IMG/VR virus record: IMGVR_UViG_3300026549_000043
Span: 32,001-96,000 of that record
From: a virus
Taxonomy: Duplodnaviria; Caudoviricetes
Length of the DNA stretch: 64,000 nucleotides
Strand: one strand, 5' to 3'
Shown in pieces: positions 41,251 through 52,089 of the stretch. Position 1 is the first letter of the stretch. Every line of letters begins with the position of its first letter. The notes under the pieces are model-generated. The model ran no database searches, was not told the DNA's origin, and saw only the letters and a list, made by a program, of their open reading frames with translations. A program made the position numbers and the translations under genes.

Positions 41251-43143
41251 ATGGCAAAAAAGGATAAAACTTTATATACTGAAAATTCTATTAAAACTCT
41301 TAAGCCACGAGAACATGTAAGACTTAGGGCAGGTTTATATCTTGGTTCTAATGAATATTCTACTCAATTGGTCAAAGAAATCTTTTATAATTCATTGGAT
41401 GAGCATTTAATTAATCACGGGAATTTAATTACTGTTATTATTAATACAGCAACCAACGAATATAGAGTTGATGATAATGGCCAGGGATTTCCAATTAATG
41501 TATTTAAAGAAAATAAAACTATTTTACAACGAGCTTTTGATACTATTAATACCTCGGGAAAATATGACGATGATGGAGTTTATTCTGGTACCTCCTTGGG
41601 GTTAAACGGAATCGGTTCAAAATTAACTAATTTCTTATCTAATTATTTAGAAGTAGTTTCCTGGAATAATGGTGAATTTGAACATATTAGGTTTGAAGAT
41701 GGAATATTCAAGTGGAGGCAACAAGGTAAATCAAGCCACCCAAATGGCACTACCGTATGTTGGCAACCTGACCCACAATTCTTCCAAGACCCTAAATCTA
41801 ATATTAACGAGTTGAAAAAGTTATTTGAAGATATAGCTGGTCTTTGTCCATCTTTAACTATTAAATTAATTATAGATGGACAAATAGAACAATTCCATTA
41901 CTCAAATGGCTTAGATGATTTGTTGACTTCTAAGGTCAAGAATAAAGAAATAACTCAAAATAGGTTTAGACTACATAAAGAAGATAAAAATAAATTATTT
42001 GATATGGTTTTAACTTATACTTCAGACTATTCTGAAAATATTACTGCCTATGTTAATTATGGCCTGACTGAATCAGGAGTTCATATTAGTAGTTTAAAAT
42101 CAGCCTTAACTAAAATGATTAATAAATATGCTACTGATATTGGAATTATTAAAAAAGAAACAGATGAATTTTCTTCATCAGAATTATCTGAAGGCTTAAA
42201 TATTATATTCAATGTAAAATGTACTGGAGTAAGTTATGATAGCCAAACTAAATCTAGAGTAGTAGACTTGGATAAATCACTAATGATTTCATCCATTAAA
42301 AAAGAATTTCCAGCCTGGTTATTAAACAATGAAAGAGATGCAAAGTTAATTATTGATAGAGCCTCAAAGGCTAGAAAAGCAAAAGAAGCTGCTCAGAATG
42401 CTAAAGAAAGAATTAGAAATGCTACAAATAAAGGGAAGAAGTTTATTTCACTTCCTACTAAATTAGTAGATGCTTATTCTAAAGATAGAACTGAATGTGA
42501 ACTATTTATCACTGAGGGAGATAGTGCGGCTAATGGGTTAATAGCTAAACGTAGCGGTAAAACACAGGCTATTTTCCCTATTAGAGGTAAAATTCTTTCT
42601 TGCAGAAAAGCTTCAATGGATAAGATTTATGCTAATCAAGAGATTTCAAATATTGTAAAGGCGTTAGGCCTAGATATTGAAAAAGAGACTGGTAAGTTAG
42701 TTTATAATGTCAAGAAACTTAGGTATGGAAAAATAATCTTAGCAGCAGATGGTGATGAAGATGGTGCTAATATTAAATCGTTATTAATTAATGCCTTGTG
42801 GTGGTTATGCCCTGAATTAATTGAGAATGGCCATGTGTGGGTTGCTGTTCCCCCACTTTATAGAATAACTTTAAAAGATAATAGTTATATATTTATAAGG
42901 GACCAAAGTTCTTTAGATGACTATAAAAAGAAACATAAGGGAAATTATAAAATAAACAGGAATAAAGGTTTAGGTGAACAATCTCCAGATGAATTGGCCT
43001 CATGCATATTATCACCTAATTCAAGAAATATATTACAACTTACTTCACCTGGGTATAAACCAGTAGATGATTTCCTTGAATGTTTATTTGGAAATGAAGT
43101 AAAACCTAGAAGAGAATATTTATTAGAGCATTATAATGATTAA
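41251..43143 (+). CDS. gyrB: Type IIA topoisomerase B subunit (GyrB/ParE-like)
   Basis: GHKL motifs (NSLDE, DNGQG, GLNGIG), EGDSA, PIRGK, ADGDEDG, KGLGE. Confidence 0.92.
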   Translation: MAKKDKTLYTENSIKTLKPREHVRLRAGLYLGSNEYSTQLVKEIFYNSLDEHLINHGNLITVIINTATNEYRVDDNGQGFPINVFKENKTILQRAFDTINTSGKYDDDGVYSGTSLGLNGIGSKLTNFLSNYLEVVSWNNGEFEHIRFEDGIFKWRQQGKSSHPNGTTVCWQPDPQFFQDPKSNINELKKLFEDIAGLCPSLTIKLIIDGQIEQFHYSNGLDDLLTSKVKNKEITQNRFRLHKEDKNKLFDMVLTYTSDYSENITAYVNYGLTESGVHISSLKSALTKMINKYATDIGIIKKETDEFSSSELSEGLNIIFNVKCTGVSYDSQTKSRVVDLDKSLMISSIKKEFPAWLLNNERDAKLIIDRASKARKAKEAAQNAKERIRNATNKGKKFISLPTKLVDAYSKDRTECELFITEGDSAANGLIAKRSGKTQAIFPIRGKILSCRKASMDKIYANQEISNIVKALGLDIEKETGKLVYNVKKLRYGKIILAADGDEDGANIKSLLINALWWLCPELIENGHVWVAVPPLYRITLKDNSYIFIRDQSSLDDYKKKHKGNYKINRNKGLGEQSPDELASCILSPNSRNILQLTSPGYKPVDDFLECLFGNEVKPRREYLLEHYND

Positions 43144-43147
43144 CTAT

Positions 43148-43259
43148 TGCTAAATTAAATATAATAGTGTATATTATATTAAGCGTCTTCTAGTTGACTT
43201 TATTGGCACTGACAGGCCTGTCAATTTAGTTGGTGCTGACAAGGTTTACTAGGAGATGT
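43148..43259 (+). promoter_or_regulatory. TGCTAAATT promoter plus long RBS-sequestering hairpin
   Basis: GCGTCTTCTAGT (43183) pairs with ACTAGGAGATGT (43248-43259), which contains AGGAG; inner G:U-rich stem. Confidence 0.65.
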
Positions 43260-43266
43260 TTTATTT

Positions 43267-43962
43267 ATGACCAAAAATGAATTATTAAAACTTGATTGTT
43301 TTTATGACAACGAATATTTACAACAATATGTAGATTTAGTTAATTCTAATATCAACACTGAGTATCAAAGTGGAATTACTGAATGCCATCATATTATCCC
43401 TAAGGTTTATTTTAAATATAAAAAGTTAGAAGTTGATAATAGTAATAGTAATTTAGTTAATCTAATTTATTGTGACCATGTATTAGCTCATTGTTTGTTA
43501 GCCTTGTCCTATAAAGATAAATATCTAATTTCAGCTAGTATAGATGGAGTATATGGAGTTTTAAATAGTTTTAATATTTATAAAACTTTAGAAGAATTCG
43601 TGAAAGATTTTCCTGAAGTTAAAGATATTTTAAAATGTAATCATTTTGTATCAGACGAGCAAAAGAAAAAATTATCTAAAATAAGCTCTAATTCAAATTG
43701 ATATAATAATGGGATAAAAGAAACTTTTACTATATATAAACCTATTGGTGACGAATGAATACCTGGTCGATTACCCTTTTCTGAGAAACAAAAAGAAAAA
43801 TTCAGAAATAACAGTTTAAAATGTCATTGGTATAATGATGGTAATAAAAGTGTTTTCGCTAAAGAATGCCCACCTGGTTTTATTCCTGGAAGAATAGTTA
43901 CTGATAAATTATTGGCTTCTAATAAAAGAAATGCTCAAAAAAGAAGAAAAAAGATAAAATAA
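43267..43962 (+). mobile_element. Free-standing HNH homing endonuclease (2 in-frame TGA)
   Basis: ECHHIIPK...NLVNL...HVLAH; C-terminal repeats (TGA)YNNG...(TGA)IPGR and WYNDG...FIPGR. Confidence 0.85.
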
Positions 43963-44024
43963 ACTACTGAGTAGTTTATTTTTTGTAAGTTTAATTATAT
44001 AATATAAGTAGGAGATAATCTTAT

Positions 44025-46037
44025 ATGGTTGACATTTTAAAAGAATTACACGAAGATTTTATAACCTATGCTAAAGAAGTAAATGAAAACAGGGCTTTCC
44101 CTGATGCTAGAGATGGACTGAAGCCATCAGCTAGAGCTTGTTTATGGGAAATGTTTATTCGTGGCTATACCTCAAATAAACCACACGTTAAATCAGCTAA
44201 AGTAGATGGTGGTGTTATAGCTAATTGGCATCCACACGGAAGCGAATATTCTACTTTTGTAAGGATGTCTCAGCCTTGGATAAATAATATTCCAGAAGTA
44301 GACTGGCACGGAGCAAATGGGTCTCAACTGGGTGGCCCAGAGCCAGCAGCAGCAAGATACACAGAATGTAGATTATCTACGGCGAGTGAGGATGGGTTCT
44401 TTACTAATATTAAGAAAAATACTATTGACATGATACCTAACTTTTCAGAGGATGATGAGTGGCCAATAGTATTCCCAGCCATTTTTCCAAGATTATTCGT
44501 AAACGGTTCACAAGGAATTGGCTATACAATTGCTCAGGAGTGGGAACTTGGAAATTTAAAAGAATTCACTGAAAAAGTTAAACAGTATTTAAAGAAAAAG
44601 AAAATAACTTGTGATGACATCTATCCAGATTACCCTACTGCTGGAATCATTATAAATAAGAAAGACATCCATACAATTTATGAGACTGGTAAAGGTTCTG
44701 TCGTTCTACGAGGTAAATCTGAAATAGATGGAAATCTTATTAAGATTACTTCATTACCTTATCAAGTATATGTAGAACCTTTCATAGCGAGTATTAAGGA
44801 CTTAGTTAATGAAGGCAAGCTTACAGGCATTGAAGACATCTATAATAAGTCTGACGACAATGGAATGTTAATTGAAATTGAATGTAGTGAAGATCCTAAC
44901 TTAGTTCTTAATTCACTGTTTAAGTTAACCGATTTACAATATACGTTTAGTGCTAACCAGATGGCATTAGTTAATGGGAAACCAGAACTTCTCACTTTGG
45001 AAGATTACATTAGAATCTATATAGAACATAATATAGAATGTATTAAAAGAGAGTATCAATTTGATTTAGATAAAGCCAACAGTAGAAAAGAAATAGTTGA
45101 TGGTCTGGTTAAAGCTTTAGGAATGATTGACTCAATTATTAGTACTATAAAGAAGTCTAAGAGTTCTGAAGAGGCTAAGAAATCATTAGTCTCTCAAGGT
45201 TTTACTTCTAATCAAGCCCAGGCAATTGTTGATATGCGGCTTGGAAAGTTAGCTAACTTAGAACAGGACGAACTTAATAAAGAACAAAAAGAACTTATTA
45301 AGAAAGTATCCGATCTTACAAAGGTCATCAATTCAAGTAAAACCCAGGAAAAAGAATTCTTAAAACGATTAGAAGACTTTACTTCTAGGTATGGCTGGGA
45401 AAGAAGAACAGAAGTTACTGATATTGATTTTAAGACTGAAACCAAGAAGGTAAAAACTACCATTAAAAACACTGAACAAGTAATGGTTTTATTGAACAGC
45501 GATTCTGAATTAAAGAAAGTTTCTTTAACTGATTATCGAGAATTAAAAAATTCTAATATTGTAAAATCTATAAAGGTTGGCCTCAAAGATAAAATTATTT
45601 TAATTTCTAATCTAGGGAAGATGTATAAAATAGAAGTTAATAAAATTCCAAAAGGTAGCATGAAATCTTCAGGAAAATTAGTTAGTGAATTAATTACGTT
45701 AGAGCCAAATGAATTCATTATTGATATCTTTTCTGGGAAAGAAGAAGACCCATATTTATTCTTTATAACAGATAAGGCTAATGTAAAGAAAGTTAATTCA
45801 GAAGAGATTTTTGGTATTAGTAAAAAATCTGGTACTCCAGTTTTCAAATTAAAGGAAGAATCATTATTAGAAGTATTCTTAGTTAACGATAATTCAGTTA
45901 TTAATTTAATAACTTCAAAGCCAAAAGAGTATCAAATTAAAGTTAGTGATTTTAATACTAAATCTAGAAAGGCTTCAGGAGTTAGAAGTATAAAATTAAA
46001 ATCCTATACTCTCATGGAAACTTCTTTGCTAAATTAA
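44025..46037 (+). CDS. gyrA: Type IIA topoisomerase A subunit (GyrA/ParC-like)
   Basis: RAFPDARDGLKP, HPHG, AAARYTE, PDYPT. Confidence 0.92.
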   Translation: MVDILKELHEDFITYAKEVNENRAFPDARDGLKPSARACLWEMFIRGYTSNKPHVKSAKVDGGVIANWHPHGSEYSTFVRMSQPWINNIPEVDWHGANGSQLGGPEPAAARYTECRLSTASEDGFFTNIKKNTIDMIPNFSEDDEWPIVFPAIFPRLFVNGSQGIGYTIAQEWELGNLKEFTEKVKQYLKKKKITCDDIYPDYPTAGIIINKKDIHTIYETGKGSVVLRGKSEIDGNLIKITSLPYQVYVEPFIASIKDLVNEGKLTGIEDIYNKSDDNGMLIEIECSEDPNLVLNSLFKLTDLQYTFSANQMALVNGKPELLTLEDYIRIYIEHNIECIKREYQFDLDKANSRKEIVDGLVKALGMIDSIISTIKKSKSSEEAKKSLVSQGFTSNQAQAIVDMRLGKLANLEQDELNKEQKELIKKVSDLTKVINSSKTQEKEFLKRLEDFTSRYGWERRTEVTDIDFKTETKKVKTTIKNTEQVMVLLNSDSELKKVSLTDYRELKNSNIVKSIKVGLKDKIILISNLGKMYKIEVNKIPKGSMKSSGKLVSELITLEPNEFIIDIFSGKEEDPYLFFITDKANVKKVNSEEIFGISKKSGTPVFKLKEESLLEVFLVNDNSVINLITSKPKEYQIKVSDFNTKSRKASGVRSIKLKSYTLMETSLLN

Positions 46038-46062
46038 ATATAGAGAAAGGTTAGAAGAAAAA

Positions 46063-47163
46063 ATGAATAATTATTATAAAGTTTATTCTGAATTAAAGAA
46101 GTTGTCTTTATTAGAAGACCTTAAAAATAAGCTAACTGAGGAAATTATTTTACCTAATGTTATTAGTTCACCTTATGAAAAAAGAGCTAGAGTCCTTTCA
46201 AATGGGCATAAATATACTTTAGGTCCTTTAAATTCTGGTGATATTAATAAACTAGTAACTAGATTTAAAAATAAAATTAGAGAGTTTTCCAGAGACCCAG
46301 AAAAAACAACTGAAGAAAAGATTGCTGAATTTCGTAGAATAATTAATTCTCCATTAGATTCTAATTCTCCAGGTAGTACTCCAGCAGGGAAATTCTACCA
46401 TAATGCATTAAATAGTTTTGGTGGATATCCTGGAGGAGTAAATAGTCATTTATTCATCTCACCTGGAGATTATCCTGAATTTGATAAGTATTTTTTAAGT
46501 TTAATTAGAGACGCTATTGAAAAATTAGAAAATAATCAAATTAATCCAGCTACTGCTAAATTTACATTAACTCCAGAAGAAGAAGCTACTTCAAACAGAC
46601 TTATTTCCTATTTTGATAATAATGGATTTACTAATGTTTTAGGACCTATTAAATCAAAAAAGCATCCTGGTTTCTATATTTATACGGCCAGGAAAGATAT
46701 TGATAAAGATATCTTAGACTATGGAAATGAAGATTATTTTGAAATTGGTGATAATTTTGAAAGAATTAGTTCAGGTGATAAACTAAATTATAGGAGTTTA
46801 GTTTACATAAAAGAAATAGCTGATATTTTAGGGGTTAAGCCATTTGCTATGACTGATGACTGGCAACCATTAATTTCAACTGATGCTGACTCATTGGACA
46901 TTGATAAACCTGATAGAAGTTATTTTACCATTAGAGTTGAAGCTCCTTTAACAGCTGAGGGTGTTTCAAAAATTACCAAATCTTTAAAGAAAAATATTGA
47001 AGATTACGAAGAACCATTAGGTGATTTTAAAATTAAAAAGACAGACTATTATGATTACCTAAAGTATAAGGATAATCTTGGTAAAGAAAATAATGGCCAG
47101 TACATTTCTTCTTCAGATTTTACTCCAATGGAATATATGAGAGAAAAAGAAAACAATAAATAA
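46063..47163 (+). CDS. Putative late/virion-associated protein
   Basis: TGCTAAATT upstream (46027); N-terminal LLED/LTEE motifs. Confidence 0.5.
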   Translation: MNNYYKVYSELKKLSLLEDLKNKLTEEIILPNVISSPYEKRARVLSNGHKYTLGPLNSGDINKLVTRFKNKIREFSRDPEKTTEEKIAEFRRIINSPLDSNSPGSTPAGKFYHNALNSFGGYPGGVNSHLFISPGDYPEFDKYFLSLIRDAIEKLENNQINPATAKFTLTPEEEATSNRLISYFDNNGFTNVLGPIKSKKHPGFYIYTARKDIDKDILDYGNEDYFEIGDNFERISSGDKLNYRSLVYIKEIADILGVKPFAMTDDWQPLISTDADSLDIDKPDRSYFTIRVEAPLTAEGVSKITKSLKKNIEDYEEPLGDFKIKKTDYYDYLKYKDNLGKENNGQYISSSDFTPMEYMREKENNK

Positions 47164-47287
47164 TAGAATAAAGGATATAGGTGATATAAATGAAAACAAC
47201 TAGAGAAGAATACAATAAGGCTCTAGCTGAATTTAATGCCAAGTATGTTAATACTGACAAAGATTTATTAGAGGATTAATTAGAATT

Positions 47288-47758
47288 ATGCCATTTATTA
47301 AAAGATTAAACAAACACCAACTACATTTTGAAGACCTAGTTCTATTAGGGCCAGAAGGGTTAGAAGAATTAAATGATAAAATAGAGGGTACTATCGAAAC
47401 TTTAGAAAATAATTCAGAAAGGATTAATCTTACTACTAAGATTGATGGTTGTTTAGCTCCTGAAACACTAGTAGCTACAACAGAGGGTGATACTGCTTTT
47501 AGTAAGATAATATCTGACTATAATAAAGGTAAGGTATATTATGGTTATGGAGTTAATGATTCAACTGGAGAAATTATACCAGTTGAACTTAAAATGCCAA
47601 GAGTTAAAAACGGTAATAAAAATTGGTGCACAATAGAATTTAATAATGGTGGTTATTTAACTGCTACAGTAGACCACCCAATAAAAGTTGATGATGATTA
47701 TGTTGAAGCCGGTAAGCTGGAAGTGACTACAAAAATAGAGGGTATCGATCATTTTTAG
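47288..47758 (+). CDS. N-extein (54 aa, ending TTKIDG) fused to N-terminal split intein (102 aa)
   Basis: Intein block A CLAPETLV at 47450; block B LTATVDHP. Confidence 0.9.
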   Translation: MPFIKRLNKHQLHFEDLVLLGPEGLEELNDKIEGTIETLENNSERINLTTKIDGCLAPETLVATTEGDTAFSKIISDYNKGKVYYGYGVNDSTGEIIPVELKMPRVKNGNKNWCTIEFNNGGYLTATVDHPIKVDDDYVEAGKLEVTTKIEGIDHF

Positions 47759-47800
47759 TTTTATTGTTGCTAAATTAATTATAAAATTAAGGAGGCAAAT

Positions 47801-48661
47801 ATGGCTAATAATAATAAATCTTTAACCACCCGTAAATTAGAATATGATAAAATTGTTGAATTTAGAAAATTACATAGTATCGACTATCTAAATAATATAG
47901 CTAAGTTAATGGGTTATACAACAATATCAGAGGTATTTGATGATGGTTGGCCTATAACAGAACTAAAAAAATATAGTGATGAAGCCAGTAAATTAACTTG
48001 AGGGGCTGATATTCCAAATAGATATTGAAAATTTATGTGTAGAGAAGTTTGTAATGAATATTTAACTGAAAAATATGGGTCACCTAAAGATTACTTCAAT
48101 ACAGAAGTTTTTATTAAACGGAGAGTAACAAATATAGGTAACACTATGGAAACTAGGTATGGGTATAGAAATCCTGGCCAATCACCTGAACACCGTGAAC
48201 TTATGAAAAAGGGAAGTAATTGTAAAAATCCCTTTTCATCTGACTCTTTTAAATATAATTCATATATTCGTGGTAAAACGGTATTGCCAGAAGATAAAAT
48301 AGCATATGATGAATATAGAAAAAAGGTTGATAAGCTCACAGATATAAATAAACAAAATTTACCTTTTACAGGTATATGCTATTATACAGAATTACCTATT
48401 TTTAAATATGATGGTAATAAAACAATTAATAGAAATGATTGGAATATGGCTACAATAGATCATAAAATTTCTGTTATAGCTGGTTTTTTAAGAGGTATTT
48501 CTCCTGAAATTATTTCTAGTGTAGATAATTTATGTTGATGCTCAAAGTATTTTAATAGTTTCAAGGGTTCCAAATGTGAAGATGAAATTAGGCTGTCAGG
48601 TCTGATCGAACGATTTAAGGAGGTTATTAAAAAATACTATGCAAGTAGTGAAGGTGACTAA
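47801..48661 (+). mobile_element. Free-standing HNH endonuclease between the split-intein halves (3 in-frame TGA)
   Basis: CYYT...TIDHKIS...NLC(TGA)CS..FNS.KG; ORFs 47801 and 48035 share a frame. Confidence 0.85.
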
Positions 48662-51600
48662 ATTAAAGACAAAATTTCCCCAGTGTGATCTCACAACTGA
48701 TACAGAAAACTTTTATGTAAAAGTTGGTGACAAATACATTTTAGTACATAATTCCCCAGCTTTAATAGTATGGCATGAATATCCAGGCTACCCAAATGAT
48801 TCAGTAGCTCTAAAGGGTTTTCTTTCTGGACCACAAAATGCTATTTCTACTCCAGAACAAGTAGATGCTAAGTATGGTGATAGACCAGGAATGTCTCAGA
48901 TGTTGAAGTATGGATTACAAATAGCCAAAGAGATTCCTTCTGGTGAAGCTTGGCAGGGTGATTGCTTGTTTGTAAAAGATACCAAGAGGGAAGAAGAAAT
49001 TAATGGTAAAGATTACATTACATTCCAGCCTAATAAGATTATCTATGCTTTTTCTGAAGATAATCCTGGGTATGAAAAAGTAAAGAATGCAGATTTTGGA
49101 ATTGCTTTCCATACTATTTATACAGGTGAAGATAAGCATCAATCTTTTAAAGTAGATCCTTCAAAATTAAATGTTCCAGATAATATTTATATTATGTCTC
49201 CAACCTTAAATAGACCAAAAGATGTAAAGGTATTTAATTTGGATGGGGTTAAATCTCAATTTGATAAACTTCAGAATTTAGAACAAAAATTATTATCCAG
49301 TTTTGAATACGAAGATTTAGTTAATAATCAGGTATTCATGAAATACTGGAATACTTTTGAAAATGCTAATTTAGCTGATAAAAAATCTGTTACTATTAAT
49401 GAAAATACTTTTATTAATGATTTAAAAGAATACATCAAAGATAAGAGAACAAAAGAATTTGAAACCCAGGTTGGTAAATTAAAGACTGATGCTGGGAAAG
49501 AAAAAGCTAAAACTAAGTATGAACAAGATTTAGAAGACTTACGAGAATTAATTGATCACAATAAAGATTTACTTACTACACTAGTACAGACTCTTAATTG
49601 TGCTGCTACAATTAAAATGTTATTATGGCAAGGATTTAAACAAACACAATTTGACTATAATACTTTCTATCGTTCTAGAACTAAAGGTTATATTCCAGGT
49701 GAAATGGAAGGTGTAGCCATGAGTGACCAAGACGGTAATATTGTTAAGATCGTAGACCGTAGTACTTTTAGTTCTTATAATCGTGATCCCGATATCCTAG
49801 CGGGGTTCGATCACCCTGAAAATCTTACCGAAGAACAATCTTGTTTTATTGAAAAATATAATAAAGAATTAAGTGAATGTGAGACTAAACAACTTTGGGA
49901 AAGATTTGGTAGATTATTAGAAGATGACCAAAGAACTGTTGTATTAGCTTTCGGGAGACTTAATCCCCCTACCTGGGGTCATCGTAAATTAGTAGATAAG
50001 ATGGCATCACTAGCTCAGAGTGAAAAGGCAAAGTTATTCTTAAGTCATACACAGGATAAGAAAAAGAACCCTTTAAGCTATGAAGATAAAATTCATTTTG
50101 CCAAAGAAGCTTTTGAACCTCAGATAGATGTCGTTAAGTCAGATGCAAGGACAATCATTGAAGTCTTAACCGATCTTTATAAAGAAGGGGTAAAGAACAT
50201 CATCTATGTTGGTGGAGAAGATCGTATTGGTGGAAAAGAAGATGTCTCTGACTTGATCCTAAGATATAATGGCCAACCAGATAAGCAAGGTAACATTCTA
50301 TACGATTTTGATTCAATTCAATTTAAGAACGCTGGATCTAGATCAGATGACTCAGATGACTTTGTAGAAAGAGCTTCAGCAAGCTTAGCAAGAAAGTATG
50401 CCCAGGAGGGTGACTTTAAACACTTTAGTGAAATAGTCCCATTCAGTGATGCTGATGCCAAAGAACTTTATAAAAAGGTTAGATCTGGATTGGGTCTTAG
50501 TGATGAAATATTAACCGAAGCCAATTTTAGTTACCCAGATATCCTTAAAACAAACCATAGCTATTATCTTGATGTAGTCGATGATTTTTTAAGTGATGGT
50601 GTTGTTGGTGCTGATAATAATATATATAAGATAAAACCTACTCAAGATGCAGAAGAAGTTAAAAACGAATTAATTTCTATTAAAGAATTAGTTGGTAAAA
50701 ATAACCAAGAATTTAATAAAAAGTTTAAGGATATAACTGGTGTTGAATGGACTAAAATTTATAAGGGTAAATATTCTGGTCATACAAATGGACAATCATC
50801 AGGTGAAGCAGCCGAGGCAGTAGTATCTTATTTATATAATAATCCGGGAAAGGATCTCCCAGATGGAGTAGAGATCTCTGATAAATGGATTACCTCTTCT
50901 AAAAATATTGCTAATTTTTTAGAAAATATTTGGCCACATGAAAATTATTTTGCTATCCATGTTAATGGTAATGATTTAGAACCTATTGGAGAATATAAGA
51001 ATATTGGTAAATTATTTAAATCTAAAAAAGAAGCTGCCTCTGTTTTAGGATTAAAAAATGAACTAGATGATTTATATGTAGGTGGAAAAGATACCTGGAA
51101 TAAAGCTGATATTTTATTAGTTAAAAAAGGTGCTCCTATATTAAAGTACTTTGAAAATATTAAAAATAGCTCTGATTATAATGAAAGGATAAATCAACTA
51201 GCTTCAGGGGATTCACCTTTATTAATCCCAGTGTCATTAAAGGGTGTTTCAAATAGAACAAACTTAACTGTTGTCCCAGAAGGATTTGATGCTGGTGAAG
51301 TCTTACATGCTAAAGATATAAAAGTAGTATTCCCAATAAAACCATTAGAGCCTGAAACTAATAATTGTAGTTGTTGGTTAATAGATAATCTGGGTAGAAG
51401 AATACAATTTAGAAGACAAACAGATACTGAAGATAATCTTAGTGTTGAAGTGTCATTGAATAAAGATTCTCGTGGAGGTAAGGGTATTACCAGATTGAAG
51501 AAAGAACTAGGATTGTCTAATAATGAATGGTATAAAACTCCTATAACTTCTGAGAATGAATTATATAGCAAACTTAGAAACCTAGGTGAATTATCAAAAC

Positions 51601-51788
51601 CTAGTGATAATTTTATAAACGGTAATACTTCAGGTGAATACGCTTGGTATAATAGAACTTGTTTTAGAGGAATTACTTCTTTATTTGAAGAATATCAAAA
51701 TAAATTTGGTGGCAGTAATTTAGAATTTTTTGATTGGATATATGAAAATAGTACCATTGGTACCAGTGGATTTTATTTAGTTTATTAA
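48639..51788 (+). CDS. C-terminal split intein (38 aa) fused to a multidomain protein: KxDG ligase-like (DUF6267-like) domain, HxGH cytidylyltransferase-like domain and putative nuclease-like C-terminus
   Basis: DLTT..ENFYV...LVHN/S; WQGD, FQPN, EGVA..IVKIVDR; FGRLNPPTWGH, SAS; WNKADI...VSLK. Confidence 0.8.
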   Translation: MQVVKVTKLKTKFPQCDLTTDTENFYVKVGDKYILVHNSPALIVWHEYPGYPNDSVALKGFLSGPQNAISTPEQVDAKYGDRPGMSQMLKYGLQIAKEIPSGEAWQGDCLFVKDTKREEEINGKDYITFQPNKIIYAFSEDNPGYEKVKNADFGIAFHTIYTGEDKHQSFKVDPSKLNVPDNIYIMSPTLNRPKDVKVFNLDGVKSQFDKLQNLEQKLLSSFEYEDLVNNQVFMKYWNTFENANLADKKSVTINENTFINDLKEYIKDKRTKEFETQVGKLKTDAGKEKAKTKYEQDLEDLRELIDHNKDLLTTLVQTLNCAATIKMLLWQGFKQTQFDYNTFYRSRTKGYIPGEMEGVAMSDQDGNIVKIVDRSTFSSYNRDPDILAGFDHPENLTEEQSCFIEKYNKELSECETKQLWERFGRLLEDDQRTVVLAFGRLNPPTWGHRKLVDKMASLAQSEKAKLFLSHTQDKKKNPLSYEDKIHFAKEAFEPQIDVVKSDARTIIEVLTDLYKEGVKNIIYVGGEDRIGGKEDVSDLILRYNGQPDKQGNILYDFDSIQFKNAGSRSDDSDDFVERASASLARKYAQEGDFKHFSEIVPFSDADAKELYKKVRSGLGLSDEILTEANFSYPDILKTNHSYYLDVVDDFLSDGVVGADNNIYKIKPTQDAEEVKNELISIKELVGKNNQEFNKKFKDITGVEWTKIYKGKYSGHTNGQSSGEAAEAVVSYLYNNPGKDLPDGVEISDKWITSSKNIANFLENIWPHENYFAIHVNGNDLEPIGEYKNIGKLFKSKKEAASVLGLKNELDDLYVGGKDTWNKADILLVKKGAPILKYFENIKNSSDYNERINQLASGDSPLLIPVSLKGVSNRTNLTVVPEGFDAGEVLHAKDIKVVFPIKPLEPETNNCSCWLIDNLGRRIQFRRQTDTEDNLSVEVSLNKDSRGGKGITRLKKELGLSNNEWYKTPITSENELYSKLRNLGELSKPSDNFINGNTSGEYAWYNRTCFRGITSLFEEYQNKFGGSNLEFFDWIYENSTIGTSGFYLVY

Positions 51789-51991
51789 TGAAAAAAGATT
51801 ATTATATTATTCATAGGATTTTATCTAATAATTGGGGATCCAATACTTTAAAAATCATAGGTTATTTTTATTCTACTGAAGATTTAATTAAAAAGAAGGT
51901 TTCTCAATTAAATCAAAAAATTCCAAAAAGACAATCAAATTATTATAAATATGGTTATATAAAAATTTCTGAAATAGCTGAAGAATTATAA
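51788..51991 (+). CDS. Hypothetical protein
   Basis: TAATG coupling. Confidence 0.5.
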   Translation: MKKDYYIIHRILSNNWGSNTLKIIGYFYSTEDLIKKKVSQLNQKIPKRQSNYYKYGYIKISEIAEEL

Positions 51992-52089
51992 GCTTTTTGC
52001 TAAATTAATTGTATATTATATTACAGGTATATAAATATAGAGTTAGAGAGGACTAACTAAAAATTTAAATCATTAGGAGGGTTTAAAAA

